From NCBI RefSeq assembly GCF_036971445.1, contig NC_091478.1:103044001-103108000 (forward strand): a stretch of 64,000 nt of DNA, written 5' to 3'. The notes beneath the pieces are model-generated. The model was given only the letters and a program-made list of their open reading frames with translations, searched no databases and was not told where the DNA came from. Source of the DNA: Narcine bancroftii. Its lineage: Eukaryota. Positions 50,930 to 63,450 of the stretch are shown piece by piece; within the stretch, counting starts at the first letter, position 1; every line of letters begins with the position of its first letter. A program made the position numbers and the translations under genes.

Positions 50930-51305
50930 AAGAAGGGCAGTCAGCATTATAAAGGACTCCCAACCTCTTTTCACTCCAACCATCATGCAGAGGCCTGAAG
51001 TTCAGCACCTCTAGAACAAGAACAATTTCTTTCTGACAAATATCAGGTTCGTGAATGCCCCCTTATCACCCTAATCATAAACTACTCCAGCACCACAAAA
51101 AAACCTGTCAGCACTATTGAAAAGCCTCATTTTTATTGCACAAACTATAACTGTGAATATTTATTATATTTCTTTTATATTCATTACCTCTTTCCACTCT
51201 TGGGTAATTTAATGCATACAATTAACTTTTTTATTTTTACAGAGAGTATCTGTTTGGGTGCAGCAAGTGAGAATGTTATACTTACGTGTATGACAATAAA
51301 CTCAA
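50930..51305 (+). mobile_element. Rex1-type LINE 3' end, decayed
   Basis: Similar to 12440-12600 and ends in GACAATAAACTCAACT. Confidence 0.5.
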
Positions 51306-54300
51306 CTGGCATTATAATTATGCAGAGGGAAATGATCAGTTGATGTTTGAAGTCGATACCTGGCCTCAGGATTGGAGCAGAGCTTAGACTCGAAATGTTG
51401 ACTGTCCATTTCCTTCCACACACTACCTGACCTGTTGGGTTCTTTGAGCAATGAACAAAGAAAAGCTGGATGGACTCTGAGGGTCGGACAGCATCCACAG
51501 AGAGAAATGGTCCATTAACATTTTGGGTCGTGTTAGAAATAGAAGTACCTTTAAAGAAATTGCTCGAGACAAATATTGAGAACAAAGAACATTTATTACA
51601 TCAACAATGCAAAGTTGGGTGCTTCCCCTTACCCTGGGAATACACACATACACTGGGGCTCACCCAACTTTTATACAGTCAATTTCAGTATCAGAATACC
51701 CTCCCCCTTACATTCTTCTGCCCCCTGGATGGGTTTGGCAGAGGCAATCCTTCCTGCCTATGTGCAGTTTCAGTATACTTGGAGGACCAGGGGGTATCCT
51801 GTCGGTGTCTTCTTATGCCATTATTCTCATTGTCCTTATTCACATCCTAGCCCTTGTCCCCATTCACACCTTCCCGACTCTCAGGGCTGCAGTCCCTTCA
51901 TCTGCAGGGTTCCTTAATCTTGTCTAGGGTTTACTAGTTAAATATGCATACTTGAAAAATCTGTTGTATGGCTTACTAATTATATATGTATAACTTGCTA
52001 AAACTGTCTAAGGTCGTCTAATTATTTATGCAAGCCTTGCTAATTCTATCTGGGGCTTGGCGACCCTTATCTCATTCAGACTAACTCTACTTCTATCCTC
52101 AATTGTCTGTCCTTCTCTCCTTCATTCAGTGAACTTGCTGCTTGCTGTAGGAGATTCTTATCTTACTCAGACAGTGTCAGCTTCCTGCCTTCTAATATCC
52201 ATGTCTCATGTTGTTTGCACTGGCTTCATTCATTTACTTATGTATCAATTTTATTTTCTTCATTTCTTCATGTTCATATTGCAATGTCAGTTTTTCTCAT
52301 CTCTCACAGTCGGGACCCTGTGTCAAGACTTTAGTTTCTCTTTATATCAAGGGTCCTGACCCAAAATATTGGCAGACCATTTCTATTCACAGATGCTGCC
52401 TGATCCACTGAGTTCTTCCAGCAGTTATTTATTTTTTGCTCTAGATTCCAACATCTGCAATTTCTTGAATTTCCGCATTTCCTTGTCAACCTCTGTCTTA
52501 ATCATGTCTCAAGACCTTGTGGAAGAGATTTCCAAAGGCACTCTGAGAAAAATAAATATTGTCTCATCTCTATCTGAAACAGACAAACTCGTTTTCTTTG
52601 AACTATGGATCCTAGTTCTAAATTCTTCACAACAGGAAACTTCTCCAGACCCAAACACCCAAGACTCTTTGAGTCTCATGGAAAACTACTTTCACTCTTC
52701 GAAACTCCAGTGCCCACATGCCCAGCTGCTCCAACTTTTATACCCATTCAAGATTATTTTATTGTCATGTAATAAAACAAAAAATGTAATATATAAAATT
52801 TCCTTTAGTCATCAGTAAGGCAGACAAAGTGATGACATTAATATTGCTTGCCACCTCTTAACAGTAAGAGAAAGAGAAGCAAACGAGAATCCCTTCAGAG
52901 ACACTGAATGTCAATGGATTCACCTTCAGCGCTCCCGCAGTGTCTGTAGCCGGACAGACTCCTGATCTATCCTTGGGCAACCTGAGCTCCAGATATGATC
53001 AGGAAGCTGTCAGTGCCTTCTTGCCCTCAGCCCCTTCTTGAATCCTGGTTCCGATACCTAGTTCCCAGGATCCAGTCTCCCAAGGCCCGCAGCCTGTGTG
53101 GATCCTTTGACCCTCATGGCCAACAACCTGCACCTGTGTGCGTCCATTAGCTACTCCTCGCTGGTCTGATGCCGTAGTCACCAACCTGTAGGGTTATCTC
53201 CCTGTTGTTCTCCCCGTTTCTGATGCCCTGTGCCAGTCCGCTGCACCCCTGGAGTCTGCAGCCCATCAAGGAAGTTGCCAGCACAGGCGCAACCTTGTGT
53301 GCAGACCTCTGTGGTTGCAGGATTTTATTTTAGAGCATGCTCTGCTCCTTTAACAGGCTATTTAAAACCTGAATGGAGCTGTCCGCATGAGGACAAGGTG
53401 GTTTGTGGAGGAGCGTTGTGTCTTTGCTCCCTGCTTTCTTTGGTCAGCACCACCCTTTTTTTCTGAGACCCATTAATATTGGGTTTATAAGATGCCGTGA
53501 TGAGCACACAATGTGAAATGACGCGTCTTGGTCAGCTGCAGTCTAGTAGCTGTCAAACAATCTTTCCTTGAAACAATAATCTTGTCAGCAGGAGCTTGGC
53601 AGGTGACCTTGGTGAGGTCAAAAATAATTGTGGAATGATACTCTAGTGTGGGTGAGAGAAGGTTTGTTAAACCAGAGGCTTTCCTGCCCCCTTGGGACAG
53701 CATAAAACATCTGAGGGTATTAGTAGCAGTGATGTCACTGAGAACAACTTCAATCCTGCGCATGGAAACAGGACCTTTGTCCCACTTTGTCCACACCGAT
53801 CAAGTTGTCCATTTGAGCCTGTCACACTTGCCTGCATTTGGCCTATACTTAATACAGCAGGTAATTCAATAATAAAACAAAAGTGCACAGTATGGTTTTA
53901 AAATAAAGAGTGCAAGATCTAGTGTTAGAACTGAATGTGCAGAGAACAGAGAAAAATACAGTTAAAACAACACAAAAGCATAATTTGACCCCCAAGGACA
54001 TATCAAGTTCCTTTATATATTGTCCATTTCTTCTTGCCTCTGAATCCAGTAGTTTATCGGTCATTTCAGAAGATATTTCATAGTCAATCACATTGATTGG
54101 TCTGGGAGGGAAGGTGAATTTCCAACCTTGAAGAGGAACTCGTCACCCAATTTTTTTTCAAAAAGCATGGTCACTGCACCAGAATTCAATCTAGTCCTAA
54201 CACAAAATGCTAATAACCCAGTTCTCTCTGGATTCTGCCTGATCTGTGGAATTCTCTGCTCAAGGAAGCCGAAGAGGCTGTCTTATTATGTATATTTAAG

Positions 54301-54664
54301 ATGGAGCAGACAGATTTATTGAGTAGAAGGGTAACCAAGGATTATTGAGTTGAATCAATGGCCAACTGATTGAATGGGAGGAGCTTGATGGGCCAAATGG
54401 CCTGGCTTTGCTCATACTTCTCATATGATCTGCTATGTTCCTCCAGTTTCTCATTAACACTGGTCTTTTCTGTTTTAAGGATGGTTATTTGTCTTGAATT
54501 TAAATTCTCCAGGTGGTTTGAATGGAATCGAACCAATGTCTCCAGTTCAAAGGTTTCTGCTTCCTTGCCCTGTAAATTTACCACAAGGCCCATTTAGCCA
54601 AATGCAGAGGTGAGAAAGCCACAGGGCAGAAGGTGTGGGATAGGGCAGACCTTCATCATTTTTT

Positions 54665-54890
54665 TCCTAAAAATTAAAATTTAGATATACAGCAAGATAA
54701 GAGCCATTTTGGCCCAGGAGCCTGTGACACGCAATGAACCTACAACACCCGATACATTTTGAACCGTGGGAGGAAACCAGAGCCCCTGGAGAAAATCCAC
54801 GCAGACACAGGGAAATCATATAAATTCCTTACAGACAGCGGAGGATTTGAACCCCCGTCCTGATCACATGCTGTAGCAGGATTGTGCTAA
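54665..54890 (-). mobile_element. tRNA-derived SINE
   Basis: B-box GGGTTCAAATCC on the minus strand, with core and tail homologous to 40650-40860 and 50625-50730. Confidence 0.7.
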
Positions 54891-55039
54891 CTTGAAGGCA
54901 AAAATAAACTGCTGAGGGCTACTTAGCAGATCAGGCTGCTTCTGTGGAGGCAAAAGCATGGTTGAAATTTGGGGTCAAGATCCTGCATCTGGATCATAGG
55001 CCTATCATTACTTTGAACATTCATTTCATTGTAACTCCA

Positions 55040-55310
55040 TACCATAAGATAGAGGAGTAGGTTGGTCAATTGGCCCATCCAGTCCAACATGAGCTGATCC
55101 ATTTTCCCACAGTCCCACCTCACCCCCCTGCTTTCTCCCCATAACCTTAGATATCCTGACAATTCAGATACCTGACAATCTCTGCATGTGGCAGCAAATT
55201 CCAAAGGTTCACCACTCTCTGTCTAAAGAAATACCTCCGCATCTTGTTTTAATTGGTGCACTTTGGTCCTCTTGCATTGGACTCTCCTACCATAGGAAAT
55301 AACTTTGCCA
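55040..55310 (-). mobile_element. CR1 3' tail
   Basis: AGAGAGTGGTGAACCTTTGGAATT region and tail homologous to 23900-24130. Confidence 0.6.
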
Positions 55311-55532
55311 CTTCTGCTCTGTAAAGGCGCTCTTAACACGACTGTATGAACGTTAGAAGAACCCTTCTCCCTAATGTTGGACAAATAAACTCCACCCTTT
55401 CTTGCTCTGGATTCCAGCAGCCACAGTGTTTTAAGTAATTGAAGCCCTGTCTTAATTAAAACAATCTTTTTCACAAGGAAAGATTATTGTTGGACTGAGA
55501 GAACGTGAAAAGAATTTTTTAAAAGCCTTGCC

Positions 55533-56730
55533 TTGTTGGAGGGATCCCTGTTGGAGGGTGCCCCGTTGGAGGGGTGCCCCTTTGGAGGGTGACCCGTTGG
55601 AGGGGTGCCCCGATGGAGAGTGCCCCGTTGGAGAGTGCCCCGTTGGAGGGGTGCCCTGTTGGAGGGGTGCCCGTTGGAGGGTGTCCCGTTTGAGGGGTGC
55701 CCGTTGGAGGGTGCCCCGTTGGAGGGTGCCCCGTTGGAGGGGTGCCCCGTTGGAGGGTGCCCTGTTGGAGGGGTGCCCGTTGGAGGGGTGCCACGTTGGA
55801 GGGTGCCCCGTTTGGAGGGATCCCCGTTGGAGGGTGCCCCGTTGGAGGGGTGCCCATTGGAGGGTGCCCATTGGAGGGTGCCCCGTTGGAGGGGTGCCCC
55901 GTTGGAGGGTGCCCCGTTGGAGAGTGCCCCGTTGGAGGGTGCCCCGTTGGAGGGTGCCCCGTTGGAGGGTGCCCCGTTTGAGGGGTGCCCCGTTGGAGGG
56001 TGCCCCGTTGGAGGGGTGCCCCGTTGGAGAGTGCCCCGTTTGAGGGGTGCCCCGTTGGAGGGTGCCCCGTTGGAGGGTGCCCCGTTGGAGGGGTGCCCCG
56101 TTGGAGGGATCCCCGTTGGAGGGGTGCCCGTTGGAGGGTGCCCCGTTGGAGGGGTGCCCCGTTGGAGAGTGCCCTGTTGGAGGGTGCCCTGTTGGAGGGG
56201 TGCCCGTTGGAGGGTGTCCCGTTTGAGGGATCCCCGTTGGAGGGATCCCCGTTTGAGGGGTGCCCCGTTGGAGGGATCCCCGTTGGAGGGGTGCCCGTTG
56301 GAGGGTGCCCCGTTGGAGGGGTGCCCCGTTGGAGAGTGCCCCGTTGGAGGGGTGCCCCGTTGGAGGGGTGCCCGTTGGAGGGTGCCCCGTTGGAGGGATC
56401 CCCGTTGGAGGGGTGCCCGTTGGAGGGTGCCCCGTTTGAGGGGTGCCCGTTGGAGGGTGCCCCGTTGGAGGGGTGCCCCGTTGGAGAGGTGCCCCGTTGG
56501 AGGGATCCCCGTTGGAGGGGTGCCCGTTGGAGGGTGCCCCGTTGGAGGGGTGCCCCGTTGGAGAGTGCCCCGTTGGAGGGTGCCCTGTTGGAGGGGTGCC
56601 CGTTGGAGGGTGTCCCGTTTGAGGGATCCCCGTTGGAGGGATCCCCGTTTGAGGGGTGCCCCGTTGGAGGGATCCCCGTTGGAGGGGTGCCCGTTGGAGG
56701 GTGCCCCGTTGGAGGGATCCCCGTTGGAAG
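55533..56730. repeat. G-rich minisatellite, 15-16-bp unit GTTGGAG(G)GGTGCCCC, about 1.2 kb
   Basis: Directly visible tandem array with variant units (GGGATCCCC, GAGAGTGCCCC, GTTTGAGG). Ends about 120 bp before the TMEM67 ATG. Confidence 0.97.
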
Positions 56731-56849
56731 GGCTTCCCTCCGGACCCGCCTGCAGGGGCGGAGAAGGGGCCGAGCCTGTGGGCCGGTGCGTGTTGACGCT
56801 GCCCCAGGAGACGGCTGATACACGGATCGGGTCCCGCGGACTCTGCAAC

Positions 56850-57021
56850 ATGCTGGCGGCGGCCGCCGCGCTGTTCGCCCTGGCCCGGCTGTCCGTGGGA
56901 CAGGGCGCCGACACCTCGCTGCCCTTCGCCGAGCCGCAGTCGTGCCCCGGCGACCACTTCTACGATGCGTCCGCCCTGCAGTGTTGGCCGTGCGGCGCGG
57001 CCCGCCGGCGGAGCGCTGACG
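56850..57021 (+). CDS. TMEM67: Meckelin, coding exon 1
   Basis: Signal peptide MLAAAAALFALARLSVGQG followed by SLPFAEPQSCPGDHFYDASALQCWPCGAARRRSADG, matching the start of the meckelin Cys-rich domain (human [36 protein letters not shown]). GTAAG donor at 57022, phase 1. Lies in a CpG island. Confidence 0.9.
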
Positions 57022-57262
57022 GTAAGAAGCCGGCCGGAGCTGCCGGGGCTCCTCCCTGTCCCCGCACTCCCTTCAGGGGAGGGGGGATGCGCGGTGGCGG
57101 GGTCCTGTGCAGCCCCGAACGGAGAGAGCGGGTCGGCTCAGCTCGGACCTTGACGGAGCCATGATCCGCTGGACCAGACTGCGAGCTGAAGCCGGACCCA
57201 AGCTGGCCCCTTGTGCCCAGTGGTCGCCCTCATGTCTCTGTGTGGCTTCTGAAATAACGAAA

Positions 57263-57615
57263 GCCCCTTTCACACTTGCCTGGGACCCCAGGAATCAAAC
57301 GCCAATCGGCCTTTGAAGCAGCAAGTGTGAAAGCAAAATCTGCTCAACGCCCCTCACTCCAGACATTGCCCGCCGGACCCCCAGCACAATCCCCCGCATC
57401 TGCAGACTCCAGCGTTGAGATCAGGCAAGTGTGAGACGGGCAATGGCATTGCAGGCACTTCCAACTGAAGGCAGAACAGACCAAAGTCCGGGGATACACC
57501 CTTGGAAGAGTAAAAGTGTCCCGGCTAGGGGTGCTCCAGTGTGAAAGGCCAAACCCCCTTTCCTATCCTGGGACACTGAACGGCCAATTGACTGGGGTGC
57601 AAGTGTGAGAGGGGC
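57263..57615. mobile_element. Putative PIF/Harbinger-like MITE
   Basis: TIRs GCCCCTTTCACACTTGC / GCAAGTGTGAGAGGGGC flanked by AAA on both sides. Internal copies of GCAAGTGTGA; further TTTCACACTTGCC copies at about 57738 and 57826. Confidence 0.55.
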
Positions 57616-58599
57616 AAATAACAGAAGAGAGTTTACTCACTGAGATACCGTTCACCAGTCTCATAAGGGTTTATCCCCCCGCCCCAGTGTTTGTCTGTTC
57701 TACCTTGAATCGAAGTGCCTGCAATGCAATTGCCCGTTTCACACTTGCCTGATGTCAACGCTTTGTACTAGGGGTCAAGGGCAGCAATCCCTGGTGTGAG
57801 ATGCCAGCGTTGAACAGATTTTCCTTTCACACTTGCCACTTTAAAGGCCTATTCCTGGGATGGTAGTGATCAGCCATGATCTGTAAAATGACGGTGCTGG
57901 CTCGACGGGCCGAAGGGCCTACTCCAGCTCCTATTGTCTATTGAAAGGGGGCTATGTGTGCCCCCCTGTGGGGGGGCACGACAGTATGTGCTTTCAAGAT
58001 GGGGTGAATGCCCAGTTAGCGCCCCACTCACAAGGCAACTTGAAACAATACGGCCTGGTCAGCAGGCTCCTAAATCAACCTCCCTACCTTGGAGGTCGTC
58101 AGGGAACCCAGTTAAACTTACCAAGGTCTCGTGCACCAGCGGCTTGAAAATGAAAATGGCTTGCTTGTGTGTCGCCGGGCAGCTTGTTGGTGTCAAGTTC
58201 AAAAGTAGAGGAGGAACTCAGCAGAGCAGGTCAGGAAAGGGGATATTATAATGTGGTTTAAACGTGCCTCTCAGGAAGAGTAAGGTTAAAATCTTTTACT
58301 TCATTTCATCCGGTGAGTGGGTGGCGCATCACTCACCGCGTCATCACGGGAGCGATTCTTCCTGCAGGTTAAAAGGTGCTGGGAGCACCTTCGACCCATT
58401 AAACGCACCTGGGTCCCAGGAGGGCTACCTAGGAGCGGCAGTTTAAAAGTGCCTAGTGAGAAGGGTGTATTCTTACGCAATTACTAAATAGTTCACACTA
58501 TCCTGACTCTATAACATCCCTCCTTCTCAAGATAAAGAAAAAAATACTGGTCTTTATCACTTTCTTTCCAGTGCAACTTAAGTAACTGAACTAGTTTAT

Positions 58600-61500
58600 T
58601 TACACAATTATTTTTAAATAGTTCACACTGGCAGCAGTATGTTGCTTCACCATTTTGTGGATTTGGCTGCGACCGTTGGGCTCTGTGTTGCTGGTCCACG
58701 TGAAGGTGATGTAGTTTGTGGTGCTTTACCTGACAACTGCTGTGTTGATGTTTCGGTATTAGTGGTTGTAGTCTCTTCACTTGATACCTCACTTGCTATT
58801 GGTTTTGTGGGCTTTGCTGGTATTAAAGCTTTCTGCATCATCACATCTTGTGTATGCAGGATGTGAATTCTGTTCCTCCTTAGCTGATCGCCAGAGTCTG
58901 CCTTGACAATGTATGATTTTGATGTCTCAGCTTCTCTGATGACCTTTGCTGGGGTCCATGTTTTCAACATTGGCTCTTGAATATGCATGTGGTGCCCTCT
59001 GAAGAGTTCTGGCAGTGTTTGTGCATGTTTGTTATAACGCTGGCATCCTTGCGTGTCAGCCAGTCTTCTTCTGCCTTCCTCCTAGAATTCTGGAGGGTGT
59101 ATTTTTTTAATATATAATTTTTTTATTTTTCACACTGTGAACCATGTCAACCAAAATACAAACATTTCCCTCTTAAATATACACAGTGCCATTTTCTCCC
59201 CTTTTTTCCCCCCTACCTTCCCTCCCCCCCCTTCCCACCCCCCTCCAAAACCAATAAACGTTCAACATATACAATACAATAAAACCATGAAACAATGTCA
59301 TCACACAATGAAAAAATAAACAAGAAAAATGTGTCATCTACTTTTACACACTGGATCAGTTCATTTCGTCTTCTTCTCATTCTACCATTTTAGGGGGTGG
59401 TGATCTGCGGTAGACCCTCTCTGTTGTGTTCCATGTACGGTTCCCAAATTTGTTCAAATAATGTGACTATTTTTTTAATTATATGTTATTTTTTCCAATG
59501 GAAACATTTATTCATTTCCATGTATCATTGCTGTACTCTCAGGCTCTCTTCTGATTTCCAAGTTGACATTGTATATTTTTTTGCTACAGTAAAATCTCTT
59601 GCACTTCATCCAGTTTGAGGCCTAATTCCTTTCTTCTTGTATTACTTAGAAGAAAGATCTCTGGATTTTTTGGTATGTTGTTTTTTGTGATTTTATTTAA
59701 TACCTGATTGAGATCTTCCCAAAACTTTCTCACTTTCTCACATGCCCAAATTGCAGGTACTGTTGTTCCCATTTCCTTCTTACAGCGAAAACATCTATCT
59801 GATAATGTTGGATCCCATTTTTTTAACTTTTGGGGCGTGATATATAACCTGTGTAACCAATTATACTGCATCATGCGTAACCTTGTGTTTATTGTATTCT
59901 TCATAGTTCCAGAACATAACTTTTCCCATGTTTCATTTTTTATCTTTATGTTTAAATCTTTTTCCCACTTTTGTTTGGGTTTATAGCTTATTTCATCATT
60001 TTCCTTCTCTTGCAGCTTAATGTACATGTTCGTTATACATCTTTTAATTATCATTGTGCCTGTAATCATTTATTCAAAGCTGCTTCCTTCTGGTAACCTC
60101 AGCCTGTTTCCCAATTTATTCTTGAAGAAGGCTTTCAGTTGATGGTATGCAAACATTGTACCATGAGAAGGGTGTCTTTTTCTTGGCAGAATTGTTTTAT
60201 ATCTCCTGCCATTTTGAAGTTCTGCCAGGGACTTCATGTCAGCCCTTAAATGTGTTGCTCGTAAGGATAGAAGAGCCAGGTCTGGGTCTTCTCTTGTTTC
60301 ACAACACTTAACAAGAGTGCATTTCACAGTTTGCACTTGTCTTTCAAAGAACCCATGACCTTTGGGGTACTATGGGGACGATGTAGTGATAATAAACCCA
60401 TACTCTGCAGCCAGCTTTCTGAATTCTTCTGACGTGAACTGTGTTCCATTGTCACATATTACTTGAACAAGGTTGTTCAGCAAGGAGCACTCTCTGAGGT
60501 GATAGTTGACACTCTCAGGTCTTTCACCCTTTTGACGAATGGAAACAGAGTAGTAACAGGCGACAATTAAATGCCATTCTTGATTCTCGATGAACAAGTC
60601 CGCTCCCACTGTGTGCCATATCCTGGAAGGTACTTCAGTGGAAATAATTTTGTTGTGAGTTTCTGTACTTTTGGCATATTTGACATGTAGCCACCATATT
60701 TTTGATTTCTTTGTTTAAATCAGTCCAGTACATGGCTGACTTTGCACTGAGTTTGCATTTCTCCATTCCCATGTGACCTTTATGTATTTTCTGGAGAATC
60801 TTTTTCTGCATTGTTTCAGGTATCATCAGTTTTGATCAAGCCAGCCGAACACCATTCTCCAACGATATGTCATCTCTTATAGAGCAATATTGACACAATG
60901 AAGACTGTATCTGCTTTATCTTCTTGGGCCATCCTTGTATTACTTGTTGAGAAAGCCTTCTTACTGTTTTCTTCTCTGATCTGGTTTAATTTATTACTGG
61001 TCACACTGACGAGATGATGCATCTTGATCCCCGTGTCTACCATTTCATCTTTTTCATTCGGGGAAAGTCGTGACAAGGTATCAGCAAGCACCATCTCTTT
61101 GCCTGGTATGTATTTTAAGTCAAAGTCGTAGAAGTAATCTCTGCAGTCTTGCTGGTGCCTTGTTTAGGTTCTTTCTCTGGATGTTTTCCAGTGGGCGATA
61201 ATCACTTTCCACTATAATCTTTCTTCCATTCAAAAACTTGTGAAACTTTTTGCATCCATATACGACTGCCAACAGCTCTGTCTCAATATTGGCATATCTG
61301 GTCTCCACTGTTGTTAGTGCTTTTGAGGCAAAAGTATTGGTTTTCCTTCTTGCACTAAAGCTGCACCAAGGCCTCTTGGATGCATCTATTTGCAGAGTGG
61401 AGGGCTTTTTCTCTATCATAGTATTTCAACTCCACTTTTCTGCATATTATTTATTGAGCTGGTCAAAACTTCTCTGATGTGATAGTGACCACTGAAATTC

Positions 61501-63450
61501 CACGTCTTCCTTCAGCAACTCTCTGATGTTTGCTGTGTAGTCTGACAAATGTGGTATGAAGGAACTCGTGTATTGGACCAATCGAAGGAAACCTCTGAGT
61601 TCCCTTTTGTCCTTTGGGTGCTCCATCTCGGCAATAGCTTTAATCTTCTCTGGTCTTGGCTTTACCCCATCAGGAGTGTACACCATTCCGAAGAACTGGC
61701 ATTCCTCTCTTTTATAATGCATTTGTCTGCATTAAATTTAATTCCAGCTTCTCTTGTTCTCTCCATGGTCTTATGTCGATGAAGATCATGAGCTTTTCCA
61801 TCTCTGCCAGAAACCTGATGTTGTCCACAATGCCAACAGCACATTTATACCTTCTGTAGGTCTCATCAATCTTCTGTTGGAACATGTCCTGGCTCACCTT
61901 TAGGGTGAAAGGTAGTCACAGGAATTTGTAATGACCAAATGGAGTATTGAACATTGTTAGTAGTGTTGACTCCTCATCTAGTTTCACATTCCAGGATCCA
62001 TTCTTAGCATCTAGCTTGCTAAAGATTTTGGATCCTGTTAGTTCCACTGTGATGTCTTCTAGTGTCGATGTTGGGTAGTGACCCCTTTTTATTGCTTGAG
62101 TTAAGTCTTTAGGGTCCAGACATTTTCTCAAGTGGCCATTTGGTTTTTCTTTGACCACTATGGAATATACCCAGTCAGTCGGCTCAGTCACTTTGGCTAT
62201 CACTTTTATCCTTTCCATGTCCTTTAGTTCTTGCTCCAGCTTCTTGAGGCACGGACTACTGGTTTGCAGTTTGTATCTATAGCGATACGATATTGAAAGT
62301 CTCCAAAGCATCCAACTGAATCATTAAAGCATTCTGGGTATGAGCTCAGCCTTGTTTGTGACTGGAGGTTAGTTCTCCAATGGAGTGACTCTGTTGATCC
62401 TTTTGGATATCTTCTTCATCTGGATCTCATAATTGACAGAGATCAATTGCAACTCCCGGCAGCTATCCAGACCTAGAATTGCTGATTCATCTGTGTCTAC
62501 CACGTAGAATGTACAGAGGAATTTTTTTCCCTTGTGGCAACCATTAATCTTAACTCTCCTTAGCTGCTTGATCATGGGTCAATAATTGGTCGTTAATTTG
62601 ACATTTGCTGTTTCCAATGCACCATCGTTTGAATCCCCCTTTTATTATGTTCTCTGGGAACATCTGGCAGTAGAGTCTGAGTGGAAGGACATTGCTTTGT
62701 GGTCCAGGATCCAGTTTCACCTTTGGGTTAAATATTGTAGGCTTGTTCTGGATTGTCTTCTGTATTTGGATCTTTGTGTACAACTCCCTTCCTTCTTTCA
62801 TCTCACCTGACATCTCGTGAAGGTGTATGGATTCCATGTCCAGGATCTGGGTGTCGGAGTCGTCATTGTTGTTTCCTTTTGTGTGGTGAATCTTCTTGTC
62901 TTTTTTCTTCACTGGTATTACTGTTTTCTTTATACCAGACTTGCATATCTTGCCCACTGGTTTTGTTACCATTTGCTCTACATTCAGAACTGTATGTTTT
63001 GGTCATCGAAAGGATGTTGTCTGCCACACTTCCTGCAGGTCCTGGGGGGTTTGCACTTTTCTGATTGTGTTCTTTATAGCATCAACCCTTCCATCTCTTT
63101 GCTGTGGGTGGGTCTGCAAAGAGAGGGATTTTATTTGCATCCTCATGGCTTTGAAGGCTCTGGCTGTGTCTATAGCTTCAGTCGGCTTTGAGCTATCCTT
63201 CCCTATAAGTGACTTTTGCACTTTGGGATGGGCACTCTCCCATATTAGTTGATCAACTAATCTTTCTTCTATATCCTTAAATCTGCATTTTGCAGCAACA
63301 ACTTTTAGTCCAGTGAGGAAGTTATCAACAGTTTCATTAGTCTCTTGCATTAAGCCTTGAAATTCATAGTGTTTAATTCTGTGATTAGACCTGGGTTCAA
63401 GGTGAGAAACAAACTTTGCAAATATCTGCTCTGGATCACTTTTCTCTATA
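58600..63450 (-). mobile_element. Decayed Ty3/Gypsy LTR retrotransposon internal region in TMEM67 intron 1
   Basis: gag (ETVDNFLTGLKVVAAKCRF), protease (VKLDPGPQSNVL), RT (CLDPKDL, FSKLDAKNG, FNTPFG), RNase H (IDASK, YANIETELLAVVYG), integrase (IHKGHMGMEKCK, CDNGTQF, ITTSSP) in PR-RT-RH-IN order. Multiple frameshifts; LTRs not identified. Confidence 0.9.
59101..60165 (-). mobile_element. 5'-truncated L1 nested in the Gypsy integrase region
   Basis: KWEKDL...MQYNWLHRLYITPQKL...CFRCKKEMGT...IWACEKV (L1 ORF2 Cys domain) and an A-rich tail at 59101. Imperfect TSD around AGGGTGT (59094-59100, 60169-60175). Confidence 0.88.

Noticed and set aside
55533-56730. CRISPR-like array
   Set aside because: Contiguous units with no unique spacers, no cas genes, and a eukaryotic context.
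56798-56812. X-box upstream of TMEM67 (GCTGCCCCAGGAGAC)
   Set aside because: Several mismatches to the RFX consensus; cannot be supported without conservation data.
55452-57164. Long 430-520 aa ORFs on both strands, collagen- or mucin-like
   Set aside because: Products of a stop-poor 15-16-bp minisatellite; only 56850-57021 is a real exon.
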